64,000 bases of DNA from the NCBI GenBank assembly GCA_964473825.1, contig CAYYQL010000011.1, forward strand, positions 10,980 to 74,979, written 5' to 3'. A program made the translations under genes and the position numbers. Shown piece after piece: positions 1 to 8,660 of the stretch (position 1 is the first letter of the stretch; every line of letters starts with the position of its first letter). Source of the DNA: an uncultured archaeon. GTDB lineage: Archaea > Asgardarchaeota > Thorarchaeia > Thorarchaeales > Thorarchaeaceae. Below the pieces are notes generated by a model. The model was not told the origin of the DNA. It saw nothing but the letters and a program-made list of their open reading frames with translations, and searched no databases.

Positions 1-326
1 AAATTTGCATCCAAAGATGCAGGTCTGAACTTCTCCGATTCCTCTGCAACAACCAGACGAAACATGTCATCAAGCATATCCCCATCATACCCCATTCGAA
101 CGATGTGATAGGGACGTTCAGAAATGCTGTTGGATGCCTTCCCGCTGGCAATCAGATACTCATCTAAATCCCGCTTGAAGGTATCAAACTCGTTATCATT
201 ATCGAGAACAAAGAGCGACTGGCTAGGTGCACCAAAGGCAGAAACGACAGAGTCATAGGCTTCAAAACGTGCCTCCTTCTCAGGTGTGAGCTTCTTGACG
301 CCCTTCCACGGAGATTCTTTAGGCAA
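1..326 (-). CDS. Hypothetical protein, N-terminal part (runs off the left edge of the window)
   Basis: Manual translation: open minus frame from TTG at 326 to base 1 (LPKESPWKGVKKLTPEKEARFEAYDSVVSAFGAPSQSLFVLDND...). Absent from the ORF track because no stop lies inside the window. Confidence 0.6.
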   Translation of the reverse strand, partial: MPKESPWKGVKKLTPEKEARFEAYDSVVSAFGAPSQSLFVLDNDNEFDTFKRDLDEYLIASGKASNSISERPYHIVRMGYDGDMLDDMFRLVVAEESEKFRPASLDAN

Positions 327-600
327 GTCTCGACCCCAGCATCATTGTTTTTTCCCCATCTCCCGAACAACAATCATGTTTGGTCGGAATGGGAGTTTCG
401 TGTTCCGAACCCAGAGACGGCATTCTCCCTAGGGATGCCATTCTCGGCTGTTGTGGTCAAACATGGCCACTCATATATTCTTTGCCTAAGTCTATTTTCA
501 AATCATCTGCCATCTTAAACCATTCTCGAGAGGGGCGCCAATCTCCGTACTGATACTCTTCAGCTCAGTTTATCAGTCATAGACACACGTTAACCCATGT

Positions 601-1839
601 GTGAGCACGATGAAACACACGTCAAAACTGATCAAGTCCAGTCGCAGTCGCACCCTTGAGGGAAAGAAGATAGCATTGTGTATCACTGGAAGTGTGGCTG
701 CGTCCGAATCGGTTGCACTGGCAAGAAACCTCATGCGTCATGGCGCAGAGGTCTACTGTGTGATGAGTCATAGTGCTCAGAAGATAGTGCATCCATATCT
801 GTTGGAATGGGCAACTGGAAATGAAGTTATCACCGAGCTGACCGGCCAAATCGAGCATGTGACACTTGCCGGAAAACACCCTGACCATGTCGACCTTGTA
901 TTGATTGCACCGTCAACCGCGAACACCATTGGAAAGATTGCAAACGGAATTGATGATACACCTGTTACCACCCTGGCCTCTTCCGCTATCGGAGCAGGAA
1001 TACCCCTGCTCATCGTACCAGCGATGCATGAGTCGATGTATGACCATCCGGCGGTCACCAAGAACCTAGACTATCTGAGAGAGATAGAAGTGGAGATAGT
1101 AGCTCCCCGGATTGAGGAGGCCAAGGCGAAAATACCTTCTGTTGAAACCATAACGGAGGCGGTGTTCAAGGCTCTGACAATCAACGACCTGGAGGGCTTG
1201 CACTTCATTGTGACTGCGGGTCCAACACGAGGATGGATTGACAGAGTTCGCTTCATTAGCAACCCTTCCACCGGAAGGATGGGGCTCGAGATTGCTAAGG
1301 AGATAATATCACGGGGAGGAACGGTCCGACTCATCCTAGGACCCACTGCACTTCCAATACCCCATTGGATTGAAACAACTAGGGTCGAGACCAGCAAAGA
1401 GATGCTGGATGCAGTGTTGCATGAGATCACCGAAGAAACTGTGGACGTTCTTGTTTCAGCAGCTGCAGTCCTTGACTATGTTCCTGCAGAAAGAGAGGAT
1501 CGAAAACGTCCCTCAGGCAAGTCATATTCCTTGGAGCTTGTGCCGACGGAGAAAGTAATCGAGAAAGCAAGAGAGACAAAAAACGAGCTGTTCATTGTGG
1601 GATTCAAAGTGGAGTCGGATGTCAGTGAAGAAGAGCTCGTTAGGCGAGCAGAAGCCAAAATCGAAACCGGTGTCTGCAATCTGGTCGTTGCCAATGATGA
1701 GAGTAAAGAAGGTGTCGCATTTGGCACGGACACCAACGAAGTGGTCATCGTGTCAAAGGATCATGTGGAGAAGGTGCCCCTCTCGACAAAGAGGGAGGTT
1801 GCCCGGGAAATCCTCACCCAGGTTGTCAGGATGCTCTAG
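601..1839 (+). CDS. coaBC: Bifunctional phosphopantothenoylcysteine decarboxylase/synthetase
   Basis: ITGSVAA, APSTANTIGKIANGIDD, PAMHESMY, VTAGPT...DRVRFISNPSTGRMG, AAVLDY, GFKVE and VAND motifs. Confidence 0.95.
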   Translation: MSTMKHTSKLIKSSRSRTLEGKKIALCITGSVAASESVALARNLMRHGAEVYCVMSHSAQKIVHPYLLEWATGNEVITELTGQIEHVTLAGKHPDHVDLVLIAPSTANTIGKIANGIDDTPVTTLASSAIGAGIPLLIVPAMHESMYDHPAVTKNLDYLREIEVEIVAPRIEEAKAKIPSVETITEAVFKALTINDLEGLHFIVTAGPTRGWIDRVRFISNPSTGRMGLEIAKEIISRGGTVRLILGPTALPIPHWIETTRVETSKEMLDAVLHEITEETVDVLVSAAAVLDYVPAEREDRKRPSGKSYSLELVPTEKVIEKARETKNELFIVGFKVESDVSEEELVRRAEAKIETGVCNLVVANDESKEGVAFGTDTNEVVIVSKDHVEKVPLSTKREVAREILTQVVRML

Positions 1840-1866
1840 AAAAAGGAGAACCACAAGTCAGCCCTT

Positions 1867-2229
1867 TTAGAGAATCTCAAGCAGATTCTCGGCCATACGC
1901 TTCATGTCCACAAATATCAGACCAAGCTGAGCATCCGATTTGGCGAGAACCAATAGGAGCGCGTCTATGCCTACGGAGGTCATAAGGGTGTAACCGTTCT
2001 CACCTTTCACATAGATTTCCTTGAGTTCACCACGATTGAGCTCGGTGGTTGCCTTCTCGCCCAAAGAGAGGATGGCTGCACTTATTGCCGCTACTCGCTC
2101 CTGCTCGCTCTCGGGTAAGGCGGAGGATATCATCAGGCCGTCTTGTGAAACAAGAGCTGCTCCCTCCACTCCGGGGACAGTTTCGAAATCACGGATCACC
2201 GAATTGATTTTATCAACACGACTCGACAT
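1867..2229 (-). CDS. Roadblock/LC7 (MglB/LAMTOR-like) protein
   Basis: 120 aa; VEGAALVSQDGLMISS...ERVAAISAA...VKGENG...AQLGLIF is the typical roadblock pattern. Confidence 0.93.
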   Translation of the reverse strand: MSSRVDKINSVIRDFETVPGVEGAALVSQDGLMISSALPESEQERVAAISAAILSLGEKATTELNRGELKEIYVKGENGYTLMTSVGIDALLLVLAKSDAQLGLIFVDMKRMAENLLEIL

Positions 2230-2326
2230 ATGATGAATCTCCTAATATGCGCAAAAGAAACACTCTTTCATTAGTTATTAAGTACTATTGTCATATTTGG
2301 GTCAGGAAGCAGTTATTTTGCGCATT

Positions 2327-5300
2327 CTACTCGATTTCAAAGAACTCCTTAGGGTCAAACTCTTTGTCTCTCTTCTTTTGTTCCTCTCTCTTTTGGCGTT
2401 CAATCTCTTCACGTCGAGCCCTCTCCTTCCTAGAGAGAGACGGACTGGGAGAAACGCGTGGAGGAGGCGCACTCTTTCCTCTGCGCCTCTTGTAATATGT
2501 ATAAGCAATTACCGCCACGGCAACCAGACCACCTCCGACTGCAAGAATAAGAACAGGCGACGGACGGATGTAGATGAAACTGACCAAGGTGATTGTCATT
2601 GAATCGTACCCGCTCTTCCTTCCATTGAGACCGAGATTGTGGTATCCGACCCGACCGCTTGTCCATTCCTCGGTTAGGGTGAGGACGTAGATACCGTCCC
2701 CAGTTTCTGATAACATGTGTGTGACATCTGTTTCATTCATGTAGGCCTCAATATCAATGCCCTCCAGAGCCTGACCAACCGCATCGCTGATTCGGAGTGT
2801 GATGACAATACGATCCCCCTCCCATGCAATCTCCTGATTTGTGGATATCTCGTCCAATATCAGCGACGGCTGTTCGAACCAAGACACAGCATTCTCCACT
2901 GTCAGATTGGCCTGGAGACCTGCTGGTCGCGTGGTGGAGAGAGCTATCTTGCCAACGCCAACTGTAGAGGCAACAATGACGGGATTAGCTCCATCGGTGG
3001 CGATGATAGAGAAGTTCGCCCATTGACCTGCAAAATGGCCTTGATAGTCAACGGTGGCACTCAGTTCATTTGGTACACTCACCAATGAATGTGCATCATC
3101 GAGGAAATCAATCCCGGAAGATGAGGCTGAGGATACGTACGTAAGAGGCCATGGGAGCCATGAGAGGTCACCGGACACCCCCAAGACCACAAGAGTACCA
3201 CCACCCGTAACATAGTTCAGTATGTCGTTTCTAGATGAGGCAAACTCCGAAGAGAACTCAGAGGTAGTATCAGGTTCCACCAACACACACCTTCTGAGGA
3301 AGAGTAGACGCAGGAAATCTGAGTAATTGGAAACCTCATAATAGTCATGATCCAGCAATAAGGAGTCAAACAGAGTGGGCAGATAATCAGAACCACCAAG
3401 ACCAACAATAGGTCGAGTCCCTCGGCCTGGTGTGTGGCCATCAAGCGAGAGCCCATAGGGATCGACAGCGACAATATGAGGACTGTCAGATGGGTGGTAT
3501 AATACGACACTCGGGTCGCCAAACAGGATGTGTTGGTTCGCGTAATCACGCGGCTCCCCAGTCGGCAATGGGTCCGAGTAGTCTGACGAAACTAGCGTCA
3601 GGGCCTCAGACAACGATCTCCCAACAGGTCTTCCTGCAACGAGAGACTCGGTTACGTACAACGAGAGCATAGCTGCGGGTTGAAAGTAGACAGTACGTGG
3701 AGAACCGAAGACAGCTACAGACCCCCGCTCCATGAGAACCGAAGGAAGGCGAGAACCTCCTAGAAGACAAGCAGTAAGCAGAACGATGGGCGAGCCTATG
3801 TGTCCAACTCGTCCTTCAAGATCAGATGTGGTCTCAATTCGGTGATGACCCTGCTCAGACGCAAACATGACAGGGTTCACAAGCTGGTCCCCGTTAGCAT
3901 CTCTCTGGCTCTCGGTCTCAACACCATAAGGGATGTCTTCATCACGAAGAGAGAAGAGTCCTTCACCTTCAGGCCGATTCGGAGGATCCGTGGGATATCG
4001 CGTCAGAGTGCCGTGTGTACTGAAGGTCCAAAGGGCGAGTTGAGAGTTGACTGCCTCATAGACCTCATTGTAACCAATATGCGAGTCAATGGTGAAACCT
4101 CTATCCTCAAGCATGGAGGTTGAGTTCTCATATTGATAGATTGTATTCAAGTTGTAGTTGTTATCCAGAAGACTGGCACCGTGGGTGTACGCGTACATAC
4201 TGACAAGCGAGGTGTCAGCAGACTCAGAGGTTTCAAAGAGGAATCTGTGGAGCATGCCACGATTGATCATGACAGAAGCCATTGCTGGATTAGGTGCGGG
4301 AATTCGACCCGGAGAGAAGTGACTCTGAAGCGATCTGTCGAAGCTAGTCTTCACTACATCGGTGGGTGAAACAACAACCACATCTTGAGGAGAGGATGAG
4401 TTGTATGCCGCCCTGTCAACTAAGAAGGCTTCAAAAGAGTTCACTGAGAGCTGCATCGAGTATTTGTTGGGAATGCGTTCGTCATACCATCCATTCTCAG
4501 TTCTTGTTGAGTATCGATTAGTCACATAGACATCAATCTCAGGCCCTATCAGGTAAGGAGCCCATGTTTCTTCGGCGCGAGTCATCATAGAGTTGTCGCC
4601 GTCACAAAGAGAAAAGACAGGGCCTCCGCGATAGGCTGCCGACAGTGCAGCTGGAGCAAAGAACTCGGAACCGTCACCACGAGGTACTGTGACAACCACA
4701 TCATTTGAAGCTGACAGGCTCTTTATCCACTGGGTAACAAGCTGGTAGTTGTTCAGATTGTTGACGAAGAAGTTGTTATCCAGTGCATCATAGAGTTGGG
4801 ATGTGTGAATACCCTGAGGATCCACAAGAAAGGCTACCGAGATTCCAAGTCGACTAGCAGCCCAGTCCGTTATCTCGGGAACCGCGTCCCTGTCAACATA
4901 TAGAAGCGGAGCATTCAACAGTGAAGCCAAGACTGCACCATTTGCGGCAGATTCGAGATACGCCTCCAGTAGAGAGGGAGAGGCTTTCATCTGCCAAGAT
5001 AGATTGACGTTGTTGTTCTCAACTGTTGCATCCATCCACGCAACAACGACAGTCCATGTTCCGGCCATTGGGTATTCGATGTCAACGCTTGCCGAACCAG
5101 GACGGGCTAGAATGCTGCCTGATGGGTCCCAAGCAACGAGGCGCCCAGTTGGATCCACCAGCGCCAGATTGAGATCCGCAGCGGTCTTGTCCCAGCCCAA
5201 GTCGATGTGCAGTGATGAAACATCGGCTCCAACAGCAAGCTCGTAGGTGAAACTCGGGTGATACTTCAGGATGAAATCTAGAGACAGGGGATTGTTGATT

Positions 5301-6193
5301 GTGGTCCAAGGATATAGGCGCAACGTCCACTGGCCATCCATTGTCTTTGGAATCCAGAATTGTAGGGGAACAGGAGCATCAAGCTGGGGGCTAAAACGCT
5401 CCCAATACGTCTGGGTCCAGACTGAGTAATCAACCACTCGTCCACTAGGGTCTTTTAGTACGTGAGTAAAGTAGGCACTGCCGGTCCAGTTGATTGACGC
5501 TTCTATCCAACCACAGTCGGACGGCGGAGTGAAGACCACATCTACGGGATCCGTAGAGGGGATGGTCACATCAGGTGTATAGGTGGTCACGGGCTGGTTG
5601 GTAAAGACGTACTCGGTACTATTCCCCAACAGTGCAGTACTCTCGAATGAATCCTTAGCCAGTGCAAAGACGCCAATATCAGAACTCTGCCAGTCAGCCA
5701 CCGCAATCTCAGCCGCAATCTGAGCGGAGGATGACCCCCGAATCCACGGAAATATTGAGGTTCCTGTTCTTTGCTTAATCTCCCTAGCAATGTCTGGAGC
5801 AAGATCGCCAATTATCATCGTCTGCGTCATCCCGCCATCGATCGACACGTAATCGGCCCAGTCCTCAGACAGCCATATCTCCGACTGAGAGTTCTCGCTT
5901 AGGATGAGTGGTGACATGTAGGTGGTACCACCGCTATGGAATACAGAACTGGGCACTGCAGCCATGTACGAGAACTCATCTCTGTAGGAGAATGGATCAT
6001 CAGCCACGTAGGCTATACGTCGAAGAGGTGTCAGTGAAGAAGCATTTGCAGAGAGAGCATAGGGGCTCGAACCGGACGAGCCTTTGTCCATACTCTGAAA
6101 CAGCTGTTGTGGTGCGTTGACCGAAAGTAACAGATTTGGGATACACAGGATTAGTACTAATGCCGCAATAGCTCCGCGATTCGGTTCTCGCAC
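2327..6193 (-). CDS. Large secreted, C-terminally membrane-anchored protein with CWB2-like repeats, PPC-like beta domains and a peptidase C25 (gingipain)-like domain
   Basis: N-terminal signal peptide; AANGAVLASLLNAPLLYV and AALSAAYRGGPV repeats; DLNLALVDPTG/GTWTVVV; FSTHG...LTACLLG...ILFGDPS; TM helix then KRRR and a charged tail. Confidence 0.7.
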   Translation of the reverse strand: MREPNRGAIAALVLILCIPNLLLSVNAPQQLFQSMDKGSSGSSPYALSANASSLTPLRRIAYVADDPFSYRDEFSYMAAVPSSVFHSGGTTYMSPLILSENSQSEIWLSEDWADYVSIDGGMTQTMIIGDLAPDIAREIKQRTGTSIFPWIRGSSSAQIAAEIAVADWQSSDIGVFALAKDSFESTALLGNSTEYVFTNQPVTTYTPDVTIPSTDPVDVVFTPPSDCGWIEASINWTGSAYFTHVLKDPSGRVVDYSVWTQTYWERFSPQLDAPVPLQFWIPKTMDGQWTLRLYPWTTINNPLSLDFILKYHPSFTYELAVGADVSSLHIDLGWDKTAADLNLALVDPTGRLVAWDPSGSILARPGSASVDIEYPMAGTWTVVVAWMDATVENNNVNLSWQMKASPSLLEAYLESAANGAVLASLLNAPLLYVDRDAVPEITDWAASRLGISVAFLVDPQGIHTSQLYDALDNNFFVNNLNNYQLVTQWIKSLSASNDVVVTVPRGDGSEFFAPAALSAAYRGGPVFSLCDGDNSMMTRAEETWAPYLIGPEIDVYVTNRYSTRTENGWYDERIPNKYSMQLSVNSFEAFLVDRAAYNSSSPQDVVVVSPTDVVKTSFDRSLQSHFSPGRIPAPNPAMASVMINRGMLHRFLFETSESADTSLVSMYAYTHGASLLDNNYNLNTIYQYENSTSMLEDRGFTIDSHIGYNEVYEAVNSQLALWTFSTHGTLTRYPTDPPNRPEGEGLFSLRDEDIPYGVETESQRDANGDQLVNPVMFASEQGHHRIETTSDLEGRVGHIGSPIVLLTACLLGGSRLPSVLMERGSVAVFGSPRTVYFQPAAMLSLYVTESLVAGRPVGRSLSEALTLVSSDYSDPLPTGEPRDYANQHILFGDPSVVLYHPSDSPHIVAVDPYGLSLDGHTPGRGTRPIVGLGGSDYLPTLFDSLLLDHDYYEVSNYSDFLRLLFLRRCVLVEPDTTSEFSSEFASSRNDILNYVTGGGTLVVLGVSGDLSWLPWPLTYVSSASSSGIDFLDDAHSLVSVPNELSATVDYQGHFAGQWANFSIIATDGANPVIVASTVGVGKIALSTTRPAGLQANLTVENAVSWFEQPSLILDEISTNQEIAWEGDRIVITLRISDAVGQALEGIDIEAYMNETDVTHMLSETGDGIYVLTLTEEWTSGRVGYHNLGLNGRKSGYDSMTITLVSFIYIRPSPVLILAVGGGLVAVAVIAYTYYKRRRGKSAPPPRVSPSPSLSRKERARREEIERQKREEQKKRDKEFDPKEFFEIE

Positions 6194-6306
6194 TTCTCAT
6201 GTCTCCTTACAGATATTGAAGAGGAGCTCATGAAGTCAAATAGGCTTTTTCTTGAGGTAGTTAAGGCTTGAGTATACCAGAGCATTTCTTGGGTATCCGG
6301 CGAGTT

Positions 6307-7161
6307 CTATATCAAGTCCTCGTCGAAATCATCATCGGTGTCATCCTCGTCCTCTTCCTCCTCCTCGGGGAGAGCGTCGATGACAGAGTCAATAACCTTT
6401 CGTAATCGACGGCGAGTGGACTTGGGAATATCCCACATCTTACTCTCAGCTCTCTCAACGACTTCTCGGGAGAACTCGTAAATCTCAGCTTCAAGATAGA
6501 GCTTGGCGGCCTCAGTGAAGTGTTCAGCTGCCTTCTTCTGGTCGCCCTGTAACTCCGCAATATCCCCCAGAAGAGAGAGTGCATCGGCAGTACCTGCCTT
6601 GTCATCAATCTCCTTATAGACCTTGAGAGCCTTCTTGAACATCTTAACAGCATTGTCCCAGTCTTCTTTGTCTGCGTATGCGTTGCCCATATCCATGATT
6701 ATGCTGGCAACACCTTGCTGGTTGTCGGAGGCCTTGTAGGCCTTCTGGGCTTCTTTGAATAGGTCCATTGCTGAATCAAAATCGCCCTTACCTAGATTCG
6801 CGAGTGCAAGCGCATAGACAGAATCAGCTTTGCCTTCTTCGTTCGACAACTTCTCAAACATATCCAAGGCCGTTTCGCACGTTTCAGCGGCCTTCTCGTA
6901 TTGCTCAAGATTAATCTGGGCCAAACCCAGGTTGTACAGAGCATCACTCATGCCCACATCATCGTCCAGTTCCTTGTAGAGAGCGAGGGCCTTTTGAAAA
7001 CAGTCGTGTGCCTCTTCGTATTCGGCATATGACATGTAGATATTCCCGACTTCATTGTACAACTTGGCTGCATTCTCTTTGCTGCCAGACTCATCCAGAT
7101 TTGCAGCCTCCTCGAGCAGCATTGCCGGGTCCAGATCCTCAAAATCGTATTCCTCACTCAT
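6307..7161 (-). CDS. Tetratricopeptide-repeat protein with acidic C-tail
   Basis: About five 40-aa TPR units (A..YN.LG..Y...GEYE.A...FQKAL..YK); D/E-rich end. Confidence 0.9.
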   Translation of the reverse strand: MSEEYDFEDLDPAMLLEEAANLDESGSKENAAKLYNEVGNIYMSYAEYEEAHDCFQKALALYKELDDDVGMSDALYNLGLAQINLEQYEKAAETCETALDMFEKLSNEEGKADSVYALALANLGKGDFDSAMDLFKEAQKAYKASDNQQGVASIIMDMGNAYADKEDWDNAVKMFKKALKVYKEIDDKAGTADALSLLGDIAELQGDQKKAAEHFTEAAKLYLEAEIYEFSREVVERAESKMWDIPKSTRRRLRKVIDSVIDALPEEEEEDEDDTDDDFDEDLI

Positions 7162-7229
7162 GGGATGTCACATCCATTACGTATGCCTTGAGCCCATCTA
7201 TGTCGCTTTTGATTCTTTCTGATTGTGAC

Positions 7230-7931
7230 TTAGCGACTCATGAGGAGCATTGGGTTCTCAAGAATGGGACGTACACTGTCCCGGACCTTGAACTCCTCGT
7301 CGCCGACTTGAACCTCTAGGAGTTTCCTTAGTTCAAAACGCCTCAGATAACCAACAACATGCGCTCGGTCCATGTTGAGGTCGGCCATCAGTCTGGTTAG
7401 TCCGTCTGATAGACCGCTGTACTCAGCCATCTTCTTGAACACAGAACACCACTGCATCATAGAGAGATACAGTAGAGTACGAAGTACGTTATCGATGTTC
7501 TCTCCGGTCTTGGCCGAACACGGGATTACAGGTAGACCAACGAGAAAGCTCATGCTCTCACGAAGCCTGTCAACGGGGCGCGCAGCATCAAGGTCCTGCT
7601 TGTTAGCAGCAACAACACAGGGAACCCCAGGCAGGAAGAATGCAATCTCTCTGAAGAAGAGCCTAGCCCTGGCATCCGACTCCTCATCGACCGAGTCGAC
7701 GACGAAGATTATACCATCTGCGCCTGAACTCAGAATCTTTCTCATTGTCCTGAATCGAAGGAGCCCTGGTGTTCCAAACAAGAATACACTCATACCATCT
7801 ACGTTGGCCACACCGTGATCCATGGCTATGGTAGTACCATTCCGCTCTATATTGATGCATGCACCATCGGTTATTTTGTGAACAATGGAGCTCTTCCCCG
7901 ATTCATATGGGCCTGTGACTACAATCTTCAT
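7230..7931 (-). CDS. MglA-like small GTPase with a probable C-terminal winged helix
   Basis: KIVVTGPYESGKSS, TTIAMDHG, LFGTPGLLRF, ANKQD, CSAKTGEN. Start moved to ATG 7931 (GGGTG RBS); the ORF-track extension to 8312 looks non-coding. Confidence 0.88.
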   Translation of the reverse strand: MKIVVTGPYESGKSSIVHKITDGACINIERNGTTIAMDHGVANVDGMSVFLFGTPGLLRFRTMRKILSSGADGIIFVVDSVDEESDARARLFFREIAFFLPGVPCVVAANKQDLDAARPVDRLRESMSFLVGLPVIPCSAKTGENIDNVLRTLLYLSMMQWCSVFKKMAEYSGLSDGLTRLMADLNMDRAHVVGYLRRFELRKLLEVQVGDEEFKVRDSVRPILENPMLLMSR

Positions 7932-8181
7932 TTGCTTGCACCCAATCCTGCATTCCGTGCTTTGCGTCCTCGTAATCATATTGACAGTTAATAATGATTT
8001 GGCGTTCCTTCTCTTAGGTGTTACTCGGCTGATTCCCACCGGCCAGGCAACCTGAAAACTTGGGGCCTGCAACGGGAATCGATGGTGTGCCAAGTTAATT
8101 TCGTCAAAACCCGTATCAAAGAAGTTATATCGGCAAAACGCGAAGTGTTCAGTGAGAATAGTACTTGGAGTGAGCTTACTC

Positions 8182-8346
8182 TTGGCAACAACAAAGCAAG
8201 TCAAAGAACCTGAATTCTGGCTGTTCCACGATGCGGAAAAGGAAGAGATCGTCGAGATTCGCAAATTCATTGACCCGGACCTAGACTTAAGTTCGCTGAA
8301 AGGATTCGACAAACTTCTTGATAAGTTGAATCATCTCATCGAATAG
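8182..8346 (+). CDS. Small hypothetical protein (54 aa)
   Basis: TTG start after a GGAGTGA RBS; TTATAT box near 8125; protein-like composition (KEPEFWLFHDAEKEEIVEIRKFIDPDLDL). Confidence 0.5.
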   Translation: MATTKQVKEPEFWLFHDAEKEEIVEIRKFIDPDLDLSSLKGFDKLLDKLNHLIE

Positions 8347-8660
8347 AGCCTGAATGCTCCTGGCCAAGTGAGTTGAGTCTGGCACACCTTCTTTCTTAAA
8401 CAGGCAAGGCATTGCTGAGGAGATTATCTTCTACGTATCTAGCCCCAATGAAAAATAAGTTGCACAGGTATTTGAATCCGTAACAACGTGAATTATGATA
8501 CTGGTCACCATTCTGGGATGGATACATCCGTCAGAAAGGATAGTTCCTAGCTACTCATTGACGGACACTGCCTAAGAAAACCATCACACAAGCGCTATTT
8601 CATAAGTCTTAAAGAGAATTCTAGGCTTGTTATGACCGTTCCACAGAGGAGAGTTTAGTC

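Noticed and set aside
324-377. In-frame TGA-TGC (possible Sec-Cys) just upstream of the edge ORF: ATG ATT GTT GTT CGG GAG ATG GGG AAA AAA CAA TGA TGC TGG GGT CGA GAC TTG
   Set aside because: A TTG start with a G-rich RBS lies just after the TGA, the upstream peptide resembles no redox motif and sits inside a structured leader, and any SECIS would be outside the window. Worth reopening only if homologs align Cys or TGA at this position.
375-420. CCCATTCCGA / TTCCGAACCC resembling 5S rRNA loop C
   Set aside because: The flanks do not fit the 5S helices or other conserved 5S motifs.
7932-8312. 127-aa N-terminal extension of the GTPase in the ORF track
   Set aside because: It is antisense to a plausible small ORF and crosses promoter and hairpin sequence; ATG 7931 has an RBS and directly precedes G1.
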